Notes: generated by a model not told the origin, from the letters alone. A stretch of 63,937 bases of DNA, filler included, from Lenisia limosa (GCA_001655205.1; 10 parts of 10 records of this genome joined end to end with filler, not necessarily neighbours in it), one strand, 5' to 3'. Numbered from the whole stretch's first letter, positions 39,875 to 52,911 are shown. Made by a program: numbers and translations.

Positions 39875-42813
39875 ATGAACGGACCTACGACCCTGTTATT
39901 CTGTCTCATGATAGCCCCAGCGATGTGCTTCCTCTCCATGTATGATGCTCTTGACATTTCTCTGAAAGGAATTACTATTATTGTCTTGCAATGTTGTACA
40001 CGTGTCATGCCCCTGATCAGTGTAGGTCAAAGGACAGCAAGCTCGGGTATGCCATGGTCGCACGTCACGCATCAGCAAACATTCTTTTTCTTACATTTTA
40101 GGGGGAATTTCGATTTATTGAGTACAAATAACTTAACTGGTGAGGGACATTTACTGGTGATGACAAAAATAATACAGCATACTATCCAATATATCAAGAT
40201 AGGGAAAAAAAACGGCCATTGTGGTTGCTTTTAGTTTTGTGCGATGGGTTATCGCCATTAATGCAATCATAAGTTTTAAAATGAACGATATCGTTACTTC
40301 TGGAATGCAAGGTTATATCCATTAGTATTGAGGGTCCGGATGAGACGAGTATTGTTGTAGGCGAAGTGTCTCGGTTGAGAACACAATCGACCGTATCGCG
40401 ACATGGGAGATTGTCAAAATAAATAAATTCTATACAGGTCCTTGGTATACAGTGACCGAGATAAGTCTTGACTTATTTTCCTTGGGAAATCACATTTCAT
40501 ATCTGTAAAGACTTATTCCAGTCACTGTATATCGATGGCTTTTGGTCAATTGTATTGTATGAGTCTCTAAAGTTGTTTATCATATCCCCGTCCACAAAAA
40601 CGTGCTTTTTGGAGAAACCGGTGCTTTTTTTGGAATATNNNNNNNNNNNNNNNNNNNNNNNNNNNNNNNNNNNNNNNNNNNNNNNNNNNNNNNNNNNNNN
40701 NNNNNNNNNNNNNNNNNNNNNNNNNNNNNNNNNNNNNNNNNNNNNNNNNNNNNNNNNNNNNNNNNNNNNNNNNNNNNNNNNNNNNNNNNNNNNNNNNNNN
40801 NNNNNNNNNNNNNNNNNNNNNNNNNNNNNNNNNNNNNNNNNNNNNNNNNNNNNNNNNNNNNNNNNNNNNNNNNNNNNNNNNNNNTATGTATCCAGTCGAT
40901 TGGGTGGATTAGTGTTCTATTACTAGTATCCACTATCTCATATAAATGTGATGGTATGGACGTCTTCTGCATGACACATCCTTTTTTTACTGACTGACCA
41001 GTGGGAGATATGACCTTCACGGGGCTGATCAACGGCAAGACTCAGCGTGAAGTGAGTGGGATGCCGAGATATCATAAAATGTGGTTATCTTCATCAACAT
41101 TCAATCATGAGCACTGCTTTTATTTTGGCTCTATTAACTTATTTTGGTGTTATCTATCAATACCGATCTAATCAACTAGCATTTTGCTGACATGTTCAAA
41201 GACGCTATCTTGAGCCCAGGTGTGTATGGGGTAGATGTTGATTCTTTTTACACTTACCATTTACATTCTTCACAACTTAGCTACATACAACTACAAAGCA
41301 AGGTTAGTACAAGCAGTGACAACAGTGATGGTGAAAGTAATGGTGAAAGTTATGATCCCCTTTTCTTGCTATGTTGACCATTTGATTGGATCCCTCGTTT
41401 CTTGCTATGCAGACCATTTGATTGGATACCTCGTTTCTTGCTAACTTGCGTAGTAACTTCGATACAATGAATATTGGCTGCCAGGAGGGTATCTCTACTA
41501 CTTGTGGAGGCTTTACTGTGAGTGGGGTTATTGCTATTTTCCACCTGTTTCTGGTAATTTCTAAAATTTTGATAACTGAGCAAGGAATTCAAATTGCTTG
41601 GACACTACAGACCTTCTATAACCTTATTTTAATTTTGATTGAATTTGGGGCTATGTTTTTATTACATACAATATATTGCTTACTCTCCCAGCACTTTTAC
41701 GAGACAATTGATGGAAAGGATGTAATAACCATCAAAGAAACTACAGGCTTAAGTGGTTCCTCTTACGGTGGTGGTGGTTACCTTAATATGTTGCTGACTC
41801 AATAGGGTTGAATATGACTTATCCATCACCCAATGATTCAATGATGCTCATATACCCGAACGTGAAGCTCAGTATTGAAACATCGTCGTTATGCACTTCG
41901 ACAACTGGTGGGGGGTTTGGCATTATGTAATAATATACATAGTGTATGTTTATATAGTATAATATAGCTATATATCGATATATGTTTTCATATATATTAT
42001 ATACATAATGATATATCATATGATATAGTATATGTAGTAATTATATATTTGTATAAACCCGATAGTTTTCATACCATAAGAAATGACTGTAGAGTATAAC
42101 GCCACAGCGGCCTCAACGGTGACCCCTGCGTGTGGGGCCATTCGCGTGTACCAAGACGGCACCCGCTTATTGACCGAAAACATGTGCGATAAGGCTGGCG
42201 TTGTAGGCGGCGAAGGGGTTGCTACATGTGCCCAGTGTTGTAAGGCAAACGATTGGATGAATTATCGTGATGGTGTGGACTGCTTCGGTCAGATACATTC
42301 TTGTTTTTTATTTCTTAGTGTAATCGTAAGTAAAACATAATATTGTATTGTCATTTGATTCGAAATCAATCATACAGCATTTGTGAAAGCCAATACTGTT
42401 TTCCCTTGTCACTCCCTTCCCCCTGATTACGGTTTTAGACGAATACCGGTTGGATGATTGCCAATTTCGAATTGAGTATTGCTGTAAGAGGGATAAGGGT
42501 AAGGATTGAGTAAAAATAACATACATGTAGATATAATTCAAGTGCATCTGTCGTTTTGACCGCTAACCATCCCACAGGCTGGCCAACCGTTCAGTGTACA
42601 TACCTACATTAGGGACTCGTGGTCAGCATTTTATGAGCAGGTATCTGGGATACTGTCGACCGTGTGTATTACTGTTGTATTTTTATCCTGGTGAGTTCAA
42701 CAAATTCATCTCATTTTACACATATGGTTGCTTGGGGCATTGTTCATCCTTATTTACTCTTCAGACATTACACCTAGAGTATTTGAAGCTGTCAATCAGC
42801 CAGTCTGTAATTT
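39875..42813 (+). CDS. Hypothetical secreted protein, multi-exon
   Basis: Hydrophobic start MNGPTTLLFCLMIAPAMCFLS. GT-AG bounded exons include VISISIEGPDETSIVVGEVSRLRTQST, NFDTMNIGCQEGISTTCGGFT, EYNATAASTVTPACGAIRVYQDGTRLLTENMCDKAG and AGQPFSVHTYIRDSWSAFYEQ. No family recognised. Confidence 0.45.
40450..40527. mobile_element. Tc1/mariner-type MITE (family 4), 78 bp, TA|CAGTG...CACTG|TA
   Basis: Imperfect TIR CAGTGACCG(A/G)GATAAGTCTTGAC flanked by TA. Related copies at 24315-24388, 24760-24825 (partial), about 30026-30064, 47545-47565 (one end), 54387-54458 and 60594-60645. Confidence 0.75.
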
Positions 42814-43336
42814 AGCTTGTTTTTGTCTCTAGTTATTTTTTATTATATCACTTTTGTTTCTTCACGTCTTCGAAATGTTTTAAGGGGTATTACCAATCTA
42901 GGAGGCATGTATATCTTACTTCAAGTGTCAATCTTGTGTTTTCCCCCCATCCCTGTACCTTGCCCTACTGAATATTTCGTTCCAAATTAAAAGTTGTTCA
43001 AGATATGATATAAAGTTCATGCAACAATGGAGCCTGAATGGAGCATCAATGGAGCATTGGGGCATAGCAACAATCAGTGAACAATCAACAATGGTAAATT
43101 AGCAATGATGGATCATGTTATATTTGATGAGCGCTAGTAGTTCGGCGACCGAGGCCCTCTTTCCAAGCAAAACTCTTGATTACGACTTCTCTTATTATTC
43201 AAACATCCACCACTTATCTGTCCCATATTTTCATTTTACGTCATATTAGTCCAGGTTTGTTTTGATAAACGTGAACTGGTGAGAGTAATCTAGAGATCCC
43301 TCCGTATAGCAAAGGCCTTGTCCCTTCTACAGCAAA

Positions 43337-44750
43337 TATGTCATCAAATAATGTTCCTACATCATATGAGGAAGTCAAGAAGGGGTTTGCCAGCCACTGC
43401 ACCAAGATTCTTGGGTTACTAGAGGAGACTGACTTCTCTCGACGAACCATCGCCTTTGGTATGAAAAGGGGAGCCAAACATTTTATGGTCTTGATTAGAT
43501 ATTGACAAAAAGAAGACTTAAAATCCCTCTTGATCTTCCAACTTTTATTTGGATTCACTCTTGTTTCACAGTTTCATTTCGGACACAATAATAGCTTTCT
43601 GTACACTCTCAGCATGAGATAGTGAAATAGTATGCTTACTATCATTGTGTCTATCAACCACAGTAACATTCCAGAGACCAGCAGACAGAAGGTGTCCCTG
43701 GCTGTTGCACAGGTACTCGGGTTGTAGAGGCGGTAGAATTTATAATAAAGAAGAAACGGGCACTACGCCAAATGAATACATCCGGTTGTGGGCTGGCGTC
43801 TTTTTGATTTCTTCTCGTTTGAGTAGGATTGTATTGTCGTTAATATTCCTTATATATTGAAGAAATGTTGAAGAATTGGGATATCATTTTCTGTTGGTCG
43901 TACTTCACCTTTGTAGTTCCAGAAGCACACCTCAGCCATGTACCTGACAACAGACAAAGGAAAGGGCTATCCTTCTCTCAAGGAGTTCACCAGCTTGATC
44001 AGTATGCCCCTCACCATTGGTTCTTTATGGTGTCTTCACGCTATCAACATTTTAATAATTATGAAATGTCGAAGTTCCATGTATTTCTTCGATTACCCCT
44101 TCTCCAGCAAAGTTACAGACCCTGCTCTCCACCATCCGGAAGGAGGTGATCCGGGCTGGACTCGGCACGCCCCTGCAGGTGTCACAGACTCTCAACAGGT
44201 CCGCCGCCGACGTGGTCAAGGCGGCACTCAACTTTGTAGAGAAGTAAGGGGGCTGCAGACAGAACCGAATGTTTCTTTGTTTCATGAAATAAGTACGAGT
44301 TTTTCTTGGATCATAAATTCGTGGTTCACCCCTTTCCCCCACAGAATGGGAGTAGAGAACGTAAAGGTACCTCTGGGTATAATTGGGGAGAAGTCCAATG
44401 AGCTGATGCAGCTGCCGAATCACCCGGGGGAAATGGTTGGGGCTCTTCAAAGCTTGTGTTATTCTTTGTACTGTCATACCCCATGTTGTGAATGGGGCTT
44501 CACTTTGGTTCGAATAAGACTGAATTTCTCGATAAATCCTCGAAAACTATATTGATATTTTAAAAGGTCTTTTTCGAACCGAAGTGAAGCCCTACATCTT
44601 GGATAAACGGGATGACCTGACTTCACATTTTGATAAAGCTTCCTTCCCGCCTGACCTCATAGATGGCCTTCAAAGCCCTTGCCGAAGCACGCTACATTGT
44701 AGCCATCAAGGAGGACATGCTGAAGACCTATTCCGACTTCAAAAACGACA
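43337..44750 (+). CDS. Hypothetical protein, multi-exon (3' truncated)
   Basis: Exons MSSNNVPTSYEEVKKGFASHCTKILGLLEETDFSRRTIAF.., KLQTLLSTIRKEVIRAGLGTPLQVSQTLNRSAADVVKAALNFVEK, MGVENVKVPLGIIGEKSNELMQLPNHPGEM, MAFKALAEARYIVAIKEDMLKTYSDFKND with canonical splice sites. No family recognised. Confidence 0.5.
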
Positions 44751-44869
44751 NNNNNNNNNNNNNNNNNNNNNNNNNNNNNNNNNNNNNNNNNNNNTTAATT
44801 AATTAANNNNNNNNNNNNNNNNNNNNNNNNNNNNNNNNNNNNNNNNNNNNGGGGGGGGGGGGGAGGTAA

Positions 44870-47800
44870 GAAGGGGAAACCACAAAGAAAACACAATATG
44901 AAGAAGATGTGTGAAAGTGTAATGCTAGATTGTACTCATAAGTAGGGCTTCCCTACGGTCCCAAAAAAGACTGAATTTCGCGATGAATTCTCGATAAACA
45001 TCGACATTTTGACGGTCTATTTCTGACCGTAGGAAAGCCCTAATCGTAAGAGAGCATAATGGAACCGATGAATCTGGGGGTAAGGAGGGGTGGACATTGG
45101 TGAAAACCCAAAGAAAACACAATGTGGAGAAGACGTGTGAAGGTGTAATGCTAGGTTGGGCCAGCAATCGTAAATGACAGCATATATAGCAATGAGAAAG
45201 AAAAAAATAAGGATGTCCTGGCCGAAGCCGTCCATCACATTTTAAGAGATACTGGATTAGAGTATAATATTAATTCACCTAATCAATATATATACAAGAC
45301 CGCATGGTAATGTCCGCCGCACCTTTGCGACGAAAGGACTCTGATGAGGGAACTGCAATCATGGGCGGCAGCAAGGAGTGCGGGCACAGCCAAAAGGAAG
45401 AGGCGGACAAGATTGGGATGGGCATCCTTGGGAGGGGGGTTATTGGAAGATGTATGAAAGAAAAGAGCCCAAATCAACTNNNNNNNNNNNNNNNNNNNNN
45501 NNNNNNNNNNNNNNNNNNNNNNNNNNNNNNNNNNNNNNNNNNNNNNNNNNNNNNNNNNNNNNNNNNNNNNNNNNNNNNNNAAGCAAAAATGGAAAATTAA
45601 TGAAAGAAAATAGGAACCGAAGTGAAGCCCTAAGAAGGACAAAACCACAACAAAGCAACCTACCTCAAGATGCCACGTGGAAGACCCTCCCATGGCCTCT
45701 TCAATCGCTATAGCAAGATTCCTGGTGAAAAGCCCTGGCGATTGAGTCATTGCCCGTGTGTGCTCCTCGTCATTCTGTAAAGAATAATGACTAAGGACGG
45801 CCATGGAGGATAATGATGCAATACTGTTTGCTGAAATCAGTAGTAATATTTTGGAATAAGTTGATAAAATTAAGAAAAAAAACCCTTCCCAATAAGGCAA
45901 CTAACCATAACAGTCTCCAGGCCTAAGATGCCATCAGTTCCCAAGGTCAAGTTATCGATATCGACCGCCATATCGTTTGCTGGGGGGGGGGGGGGNNNNN
46001 NNNNNNNNNNNNNNNNNNNNNNNNNNNNNNNNNNNNNNNNNNNNNNNNNNNNNNNNNNNNNNNNNNNNNNNNNNNNNNNNNNNNNNNNNNNNNAACGGGA
46101 AAACTGAGAACTGGATCTCTCTCAGAAGTAAAGACGTAATATTATGATTGGGGCTTTCAGATATTCGGTCTTTTTTGGGACCGTAGGGAAGCCCTAATTG
46201 TGATTACTTCCTCCTTTGGCCCCAGCTCACCAGCCGGAGTCGGCATTGGGAGAGGCGCACGTTCGGGGGCAGGCCAAATGAGCAGCTCGGCGTCAAGGAG
46301 GGCCGGCTTGGGCTGGATGGTCAATTCAGACAACACACTAATACTCCTGAGTAAATTCGTTCTGAGCTAAACCTTTGATGTAGGGCTTCACTTCCGTTAG
46401 AAAAAACTCAGGAAAACATCGATAGTTTTCGAGGATTTATTGAGACAGTCAGTCTTTTTTCGAACCGAAGTGAAGCCCTAAATATGTTGCAGGGACATCA
46501 CTTACCCAGATAGTAGTATATTGATATGTTATTGCAAAATATGGAATCAAACAAAACAACAAAAAAAATCCCCAGCCCTACAAGATGATAGAACGTTCTC
46601 CATGAGGTAACTTCCTTTTCGGGCTGGGCCGAAATAGCAACAATCGTAGAAATCGTCAAGGCCTATGTAATTAGGGAAACAATAGCAAAAATAGAGGGCG
46701 GAAAAGGGTTCCAACAAAGAGAATTAGTGGGTCCACTATAGATAGCAATGAGAAATAAATAATAAGGTTGTATCTGACCGAAACCGTCCACACCATCACC
46801 TATATCAGAGATATTGGATTATAGTTTAATTCACCCAATCACTCTGAATGCCTCCCTAGCATACAAAGGTCGTAGTGGATCCCCTTCCCTATCACAACTA
46901 GAGCTTCACTTCGGTTCGAAAAAGATAGGTAAAATATCGATAGTTTTCAAGGATTTATCGAGAAATTGTCTTTTTTCGAACCGAAGTGAAGCCCTAATCA
47001 ATACCCTCCCCCCCCCCCCCNNNNNNNNNNNNNNNNNNNNNNNNNNNNNNNNNNNNNNNNNNNNNNNNNNNNNNNNNNNNNNNNNNNNNNNNNNNNNNNN
47101 NNNNNNNNNNNNNNNNNNNNNNNNNNNNNNNNNNNNNNNNNNNNNNNNNNNNNNNNNNNNNNNNNNNNNNNNNNNNNNNNNNNNNNNNNNNNNNNNNNNN
47201 NNNNNNNNNNNNNNNNCGGTACTGACATAAAAACCCGAAGCTAAGGCCTCGGGTCTTCAGCCACCCCAAAAACTATTACTATTTCAACTATTAAAAGGAG
47301 AATGATAAGAAGAAAGCCTGTTTTGGCTCACTTGAGAGCTATCATAGCATATCGAAAGAAACCCTTCCGCTTTTTGAAAAAAAGTTAAGATAAGAGAGCC
47401 ATCATGTAGAATCATCATCGCCCCTCGGCCCACTTCACAGTCTTCCAGGAATTGGTTAGCGAGGGAAATGGTGGCACGTGAGCGCGCACTCTGAAGTGGC
47501 GTCAATCAGAAGGGGAAAACTACAAATCATAGAGCAAATTGATCGAGACTTATCCCGGTCACTGTACACACATAATAAAGTATAATAATATATCGATATA
47601 TATATAGCTATATACACTGTATAAGCAATGAGATTTATCTGGTCAAAGCCGTCCACACCATCACGCCGTCCACAGAGATATTGAGTTATAGATATAATAT
47701 TAATTGATGCATATGATATGTTGAAATGGGAAATGAAAAAGGCAAGTCTGGTCAAAGCCGTCCACACCAATATGCAGATGTTGGTTATACTTAGGGCTTC

Positions 47801-50448
47801 CCTACGGTCCAAAGATAATTTATCGAGATTTTATTGAGATATTTAGTCTTTTTTGGTACCCGTAGGGAAGTCCAAGTAATACTATTGCAACTTTTTACCC
47901 ATACACAGCAAAATAGCATAAAATTAGACTGATAACCACAATCCATTTTCAAACATACCGGAGATGAATCAAGAGTGACTGAAAGGTCGTAGAAAGGGGT
48001 CGATGAGGGTGTGGATGCGACAATTACCATGACATTGGTAGGGAGGGGGTTAGGAAGGAGGTGGAAGAACGAGTTTTCTAAAGCGTCAGCCCATGGCTCA
48101 ATGGCACGACATTTCATATAATCTGGATACTTGAAACTAAAAGCAAAGGCCTTAAAAACAACTCAAAAGTACTCTTAAAGCGGGCTAAAATGCCTGCTCT
48201 ACCCAAGACTCTTGAACTGAAGGAAAGCCGCCTACTGTGGTCCTTTTCCGCTTCGGGGATGCTAGGGAGAATGACTATCACGGGTCGGGTTTCTGCAATT
48301 CCTCGAAGAAGCAGATAGAGCCTGGGGGGGGGGGGGGGNNNNNNNNNNNNNNNNNNNNNNNNNNNNNNNNNNNNNNNNNNNNNNAATATTGATGTAAAAA
48401 AAAATAAACAGTAAAAACACAAACATGATTGCTAAAAAAAACGCAGCCAACAGTTTAATATGACAAAAACAAACAGGAGCTCAATGGAAATGGTGCACAA
48501 AGGCAATGACTAGGGCTTCACTTCGGTTCGAAAAAACTCGCGAAAATATCGATAGTTTTCGAAGATTTATCGAGACATTCAGTCTATTTTCGAACCGAAG
48601 TGAAGCCCTAGCAATGACAAATCCGAAGTGTGACAATGATGATGGCAAAATAAGAAGTGTGACAATGATGATGGCAAAATAAGAAGAGTTCACGAACCTT
48701 TGGGCCACGTCATGCACGGAGGCCTGGATAAGGGACTCGTTTGAAGATCTTAAGAGTTACATTAAGAGAGAAAGAGAGAGTGAAGCAAAATATTGATGAC
48801 GGATATTGACGTAACGGTAATAATCGCGTAAATATATAGCAATGAGAAATAAAAAAACAAGGGTGTATCTGGCCGAAGCCAATTATAGTATAAAACACTA
48901 ATTCACTTCGTAAATAACTAAGCAAAAACAACACTGCCCCNNNNNNNNNNNNNNNNNNNNNNNNNNNNNNNNNNNNNNNNNNNNNNNNNNNNNNNNNNNN
49001 NNNNNNNNNNNNNNNNNNNNNNNNNNNNNNNNNNNNNNNNNNNNNNNNNNNNNNNNNNNNNNNNNNNNNNNNNNNNNNNNNNNNNNNNNNNNNNNNNNNN
49101 NNNNNNNNNNNNNNNNNNNNNNNNNNNNNNNNNNNNNNNNNNNNNNNNNNNNNNNNNNNNNNNNNNNNNNNNNNNNNNNNNNNNNNNNNNNNNNNNNNNN
49201 NNNNNTGCGTCGAATACGGCATGAGCAGGGCACCAAGCCGAGCAAAGAAGTTGATACTCAAGCTCACAGAGAATTTCTGACGCCTATGGGGAGGGGGGGT
49301 GAAGTTGGAAAATTTATGAAACAAAAAAAAAACCCAAATCAACTNNNNNNNNNNNNNNNNNNNNNNNNNNNNNNNNNNNNNNNNNNNNNNNNNNNNNNNN
49401 NNNNNNNNNNNNNNNNNNNNNNNNNNNNNNNNNNNNNNNNNNNNNNNNNNNNNNNNNNNNNNNNNNNNNNNNNNNTGTGGAAACAAATAGAGAAACAAAA
49501 CCCTGGGATAACACAAAATATCAAACAGCAATGAGAGTGAAACATGAGAAGGCATTACAAATATATCAGTGAGAAATGAAAAAATAAGTTGTATTTCACA
49601 CCATCACGCTTATAAGAGATATTGCATTATAGGCCTTAACAAATAAATCTTGTTTACTAATTCAAGGTGCAAGCTTTTGTGACAACTAAGGCTTCCCTGC
49701 GGTCCCAAGAAAGACGGAATTGCTCCTCGATAAACATCGACCGGTCTTTTTGTCCGTAGGAAAGCCCTAAATAGAATGCATTGTACGTACTTTGCCGAGG
49801 CGATTGACAAGGAAAACAATGGGCTCGAAGGACTTGACCGCAGAGGGCGTCATGGGGGATGACTTTGACAGCTTACGTCCAATGTCTGGGGGGGGGGGNN
49901 NNNNNNNNNNNNNNNNNNNNNNNNNNNNNNNNNNNNNNNNNNNNNNNNNNNNNNNNNNNNNNNNNNNNNNNNNNNNNNNNNNNNNNNNNNNNNNNNNNNN
50001 NNNNNNNNNNNNNNNNNNNNNNNNNNNNNNNNNNNNNNNNNNNNNNNNNNNNNNNNNNNNNNNNNNNNNNNNNNNNNNNNNNNNNNNNNNNNNNNNNNNN
50101 NNNNNNNNNNNNNNNNNNNNNNNNNNNNNNNNNNNNNNNNNNNNNNCGGTTCGAAAAATACCGTTAAAATATCGATAGTTTTTGAGGATTTATCGAAAAA
50201 TCAGTCTTTTTTGGAACCGAAGTGAAGTCCTAACTACAAGCCCAAGAAAACACAATGTCTAGGGAGGTGAAGTTCAAAATGAGAGAAAAAAAAAATCCCA
50301 TTTCACGTCATATTAGCTTTTTTGATGCGGAAAGCAAATCAGCAAAAAGAAAACAGCCGACCGGCAAGGAAGCCCTCAGAGTGGCCGGTGTGGTTGTCTA
50401 GAATCTCCAAAACCCGTCCCGGTTCAGCCTCAAGGTCAAGAGGGTCGT
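44870..50448 (-). CDS. Large hypothetical protein, many exons, incomplete at both ends
   Basis: Series of AG/GT bounded open exons, e.g. DIGRKLSKSSPMTPSAVKSFEPIVFLVNRLGK (49790-49885), RLYLLLRGIAETRPVIVILPSIPEAEKDH (48180-48321), NDEEHTRAMTQSPGLFTRNLAIAIEEAMGGSSTWHLE (45665-45775) and DAHPNLVRLFLLAVPALLAAAHDC (to 45426). Introns are packed with repeats. Confidence 0.55.
46742..46825 (-). repeat. Dispersed intronic repeat family 2 (about 90-100 bp; sense form ..TCTCTTATAAGCGTGATGGTGTGGACGGCTTCGGCCAGATACAACCTTATTTTTTATTTCTCATTGCTATAT)
   Basis: Copies near 15670-15780, 21323-21410, 22150-22240, 22255-22330, 22355-22430, 24826-24900, 31545-31620, 33875-33950, 42262-42320, 45185-45270, 47620-47700, 47740-47770, 48835-48885, 49560-49630, 55075-55160, 60275-60345 and 62990-63045. 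No TIR seen. Confidence 0.85.
48511..48610. mobile_element. hAT-type MITE, subfamily A (TIR TAGGGCTTCACTTCGGTTCGAAAAA), 100 bp
   Basis: Perfect 8-bp TSD GCAATGAC (48503-48510 / 48611-48618). Other copies at 25040-25119, about 28450-28543, 44493-44594, 46381-46480, 46899-46996, 50147-50231, 53806-53851 (internally deleted, TSD TCTTCAAT), 54003-54101, about 57658-57744, 61206-61305 and 62532-62630, plus several decayed copies. Confidence 0.9.
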
Positions 50449-50548
50449 NNNNNNNNNNNNNNNNNNNNNNNNNNNNNNNNNNNNNNNNNNNNTTAATTAA
50501 TTAANNNNNNNNNNNNNNNNNNNNNNNNNNNNNNNNNNNNNNNNNNNN

Positions 50549-52911
50549 TTGGTCCTGAAAGACTCCTTGTCCGAAAACATTTCCTCTGTTAAAGTGTCAG
50601 AAAAAATACAATTGAGAAAGAAATTTCAGAAAAAATACAATTAAGAAATGTTAGAAACAATGCGAGCGAGAACGATATGTCAGAAATAATGCGAGTGAAA
50701 ACATTTCCTCTATCGAATGTCAGATGTGAAAAAAGGTCTGTGTTGAAATGTCAGAAATAAGGCAATAATGAGAGGTTCACATCCTGTTCTGAAAAGACTG
50801 AATTATTGATAATTATCGAAGAATTCTCAAAGAATTCTTGATAAATTGCCAATAAACGGTTCCAAAAAATAATACGAGACTTGTCATGCCCCCCCCCCCN
50901 NNNNNNNNNNNNNNNNNNNNNNNNNNNNNNNNNNNNNNNNNNNNNNNNNNNNNNNNNNNNNNNNNNNNNNNNNNNNNNNNNNNNNNNNNNNNNNNNNNNN
51001 NNNNNNGCCTAAAATGGTATCCTGAAAATTACAAAATTAGCCTAAAATGGGTTCACGTAATTGTTAATACTAACTATTATTCTGTTAAATTTAGTTTGAT
51101 AAAAAAATGTTATAGCTATTTGTATGATAAAAAAGCAGTGCACCCACCTTTTTCTCATCCTCGTCGATACTCGTCATTTTGAGTGCAAAGTTCTTGAATG
51201 CCTGGGAGGGGGGGGGTAAATTGGAAAATATGAAACAATGAAAAGCCGAAAATTAAGTCTGTTGGCTGATAACCCACGAGGGTTGATAACAACAAAACAA
51301 ANNNNNNNNNNNNNNNNNNNNNNNNNNNNNNNNNNNNNNNNNNNNNNNNNNNNNNNNNTTCCCAGATTTATTTAATTGAATAGGAGAGCTATAAGATAAT
51401 ACTAGACAACATTAATCAGTATCACTTATAAACACAATGATGTGAACTATTTTCTTGTTCAAAATAATCCCACCTCGAGGTCCTTCTCGGGGCTAACCGG
51501 ACCTACAAACGTCAGAAATATCCTAATATAGAGATGATAAAAGAAATTCTGCTACTAATGTGTAGAGATGATAAAATAAATTATGCTACTAATGTGTAGA
51601 GATGAGAAACAAATAAAAGATAACTGCGCGAATACGCCTTGATGCTAAACAAACACAATGAATTCTGCAAACAATCAAATAAACGTTGGAAACTGCCATA
51701 TTATCAGATATATTATATATCACTCGTGGACACGGTAAACAATATTGCGAGGAAAGTCGGTAATCATATAACTTTCGAATATGATGAGTCCACTACGGCG
51801 CTCGATTTGGGATTCTCAGGTAGTCTTTGGGAATCTCATAAATTTCTTTAGATGAGATCTGATATCCATGTAAACAACTTTTTGATAAGAACCTCAAGTC
51901 GATAATCGTAGTGTCAGCATTTCGAGTGTAAGTAAATATTTCTGATCCTAGTTTCAACAGAGACTTTACTGCAAATCAATTCTAAATCCTACCAATGGTG
52001 AAGGAGACGGGAAGGAAGAACTCCACAATTTCCTTAGACATGTTTTTAAGCTCAAATCGATAGTTTGTCGGCTATAAAGATGAGTGATGCTTTCGGCATG
52101 AAACGATAAATAAATGAAAATCGCGAGGGTAATGGGGGGGGGGGAGTAAAACTGGAAAATTTATGAAATAAAAAACCCCAAATCAACTCTGCTGGCTGAC
52201 AACACACAAGGGTTGCTAACAACAAAACANNNNNNNNNNNNNNNNNNNNNNNNNNNNNNNNNNNNNNNNNNNNNNNNNNNNNNNNNNNNNNNNNNNNNNN
52301 NNNNNNNNNNNNNNNNNNNNNNNNNNNNNNNNNNNNNNNNNNNNNNNNNNNTTCCTTAAATTATTTTCTGTTTTTGTTATTCTGTATGATATTAAATTAA
52401 AGTTAGGAAAGGCGGAAAGAGGCAGAAGTGAGGTGAATCACATTCAGTTTGATGCACAAAAGAGTAACCTGGCTATGTGAGAGAGACAACTTTCACATTT
52501 GAAACCCTGCATACGTTGCCAAATCCAAGATGGGGAGAGAGTGAGGGCGATGTAAAGAGAGATGAATTGGCTTTGAAACAGATTTTATGAAGTTTTCCCC
52601 AACGCAGTTATCCAGAATCATCACCCATCTGTCCCTCTTCCATACCGTCATATCAACAAAAAGAACCTCCTGGAAAGGGTAAAGAATGCCACTCTTGCAG
52701 ATCTTCATGTCATTGATGAAGAGTCCCGTGAAGACGGCATACTCTGAGGGGCCACAGACCTGGTTAATTGATTAATTAGAGATATAATCATGAAACCAGA
52801 TGTAAGCGAGCCACAGAGAGGGCTTACTTTGTATCGGGCAAATAATATAATGAGAATCACCAAAAAGAAGAAGGCTATAGCCGGGGCTATGATAAAAAAG
52901 AGGTCTGCCAT
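50549..52911 (-). CDS. Flotillin-like SPFH/band-7 protein with N-terminal TM anchor (3' truncated)
   Basis: Exons 52911-52828, 52759-52646, 52071-51993, 51502-51474 and 51201-51148 splice in frame to MADLFFIIAPAIAFFFLVILIILFARYKVCGPSEYAVFTGLFINDMKICKSGILYPFQEVLFVDMTPTNYRFELKNMSKEIVEFFLPVSFTIGPVSPEKDLEAFKNFALKM.. A later exon reads EEMFSDKESFRT. The pattern matches the PxxYxFxxxxMSxExxxFxLPxxFTIGP motif of plant/fungal-type flotillins. Confidence 0.8.

Noticed and set aside
31165-51610. Small two-copy tandem duplications (31165-31220, 41365-41440, 48625-48690, 51530-51605; also 19200-19275)
   Set aside because: They are ordinary intronic slippage duplications with no further structure.
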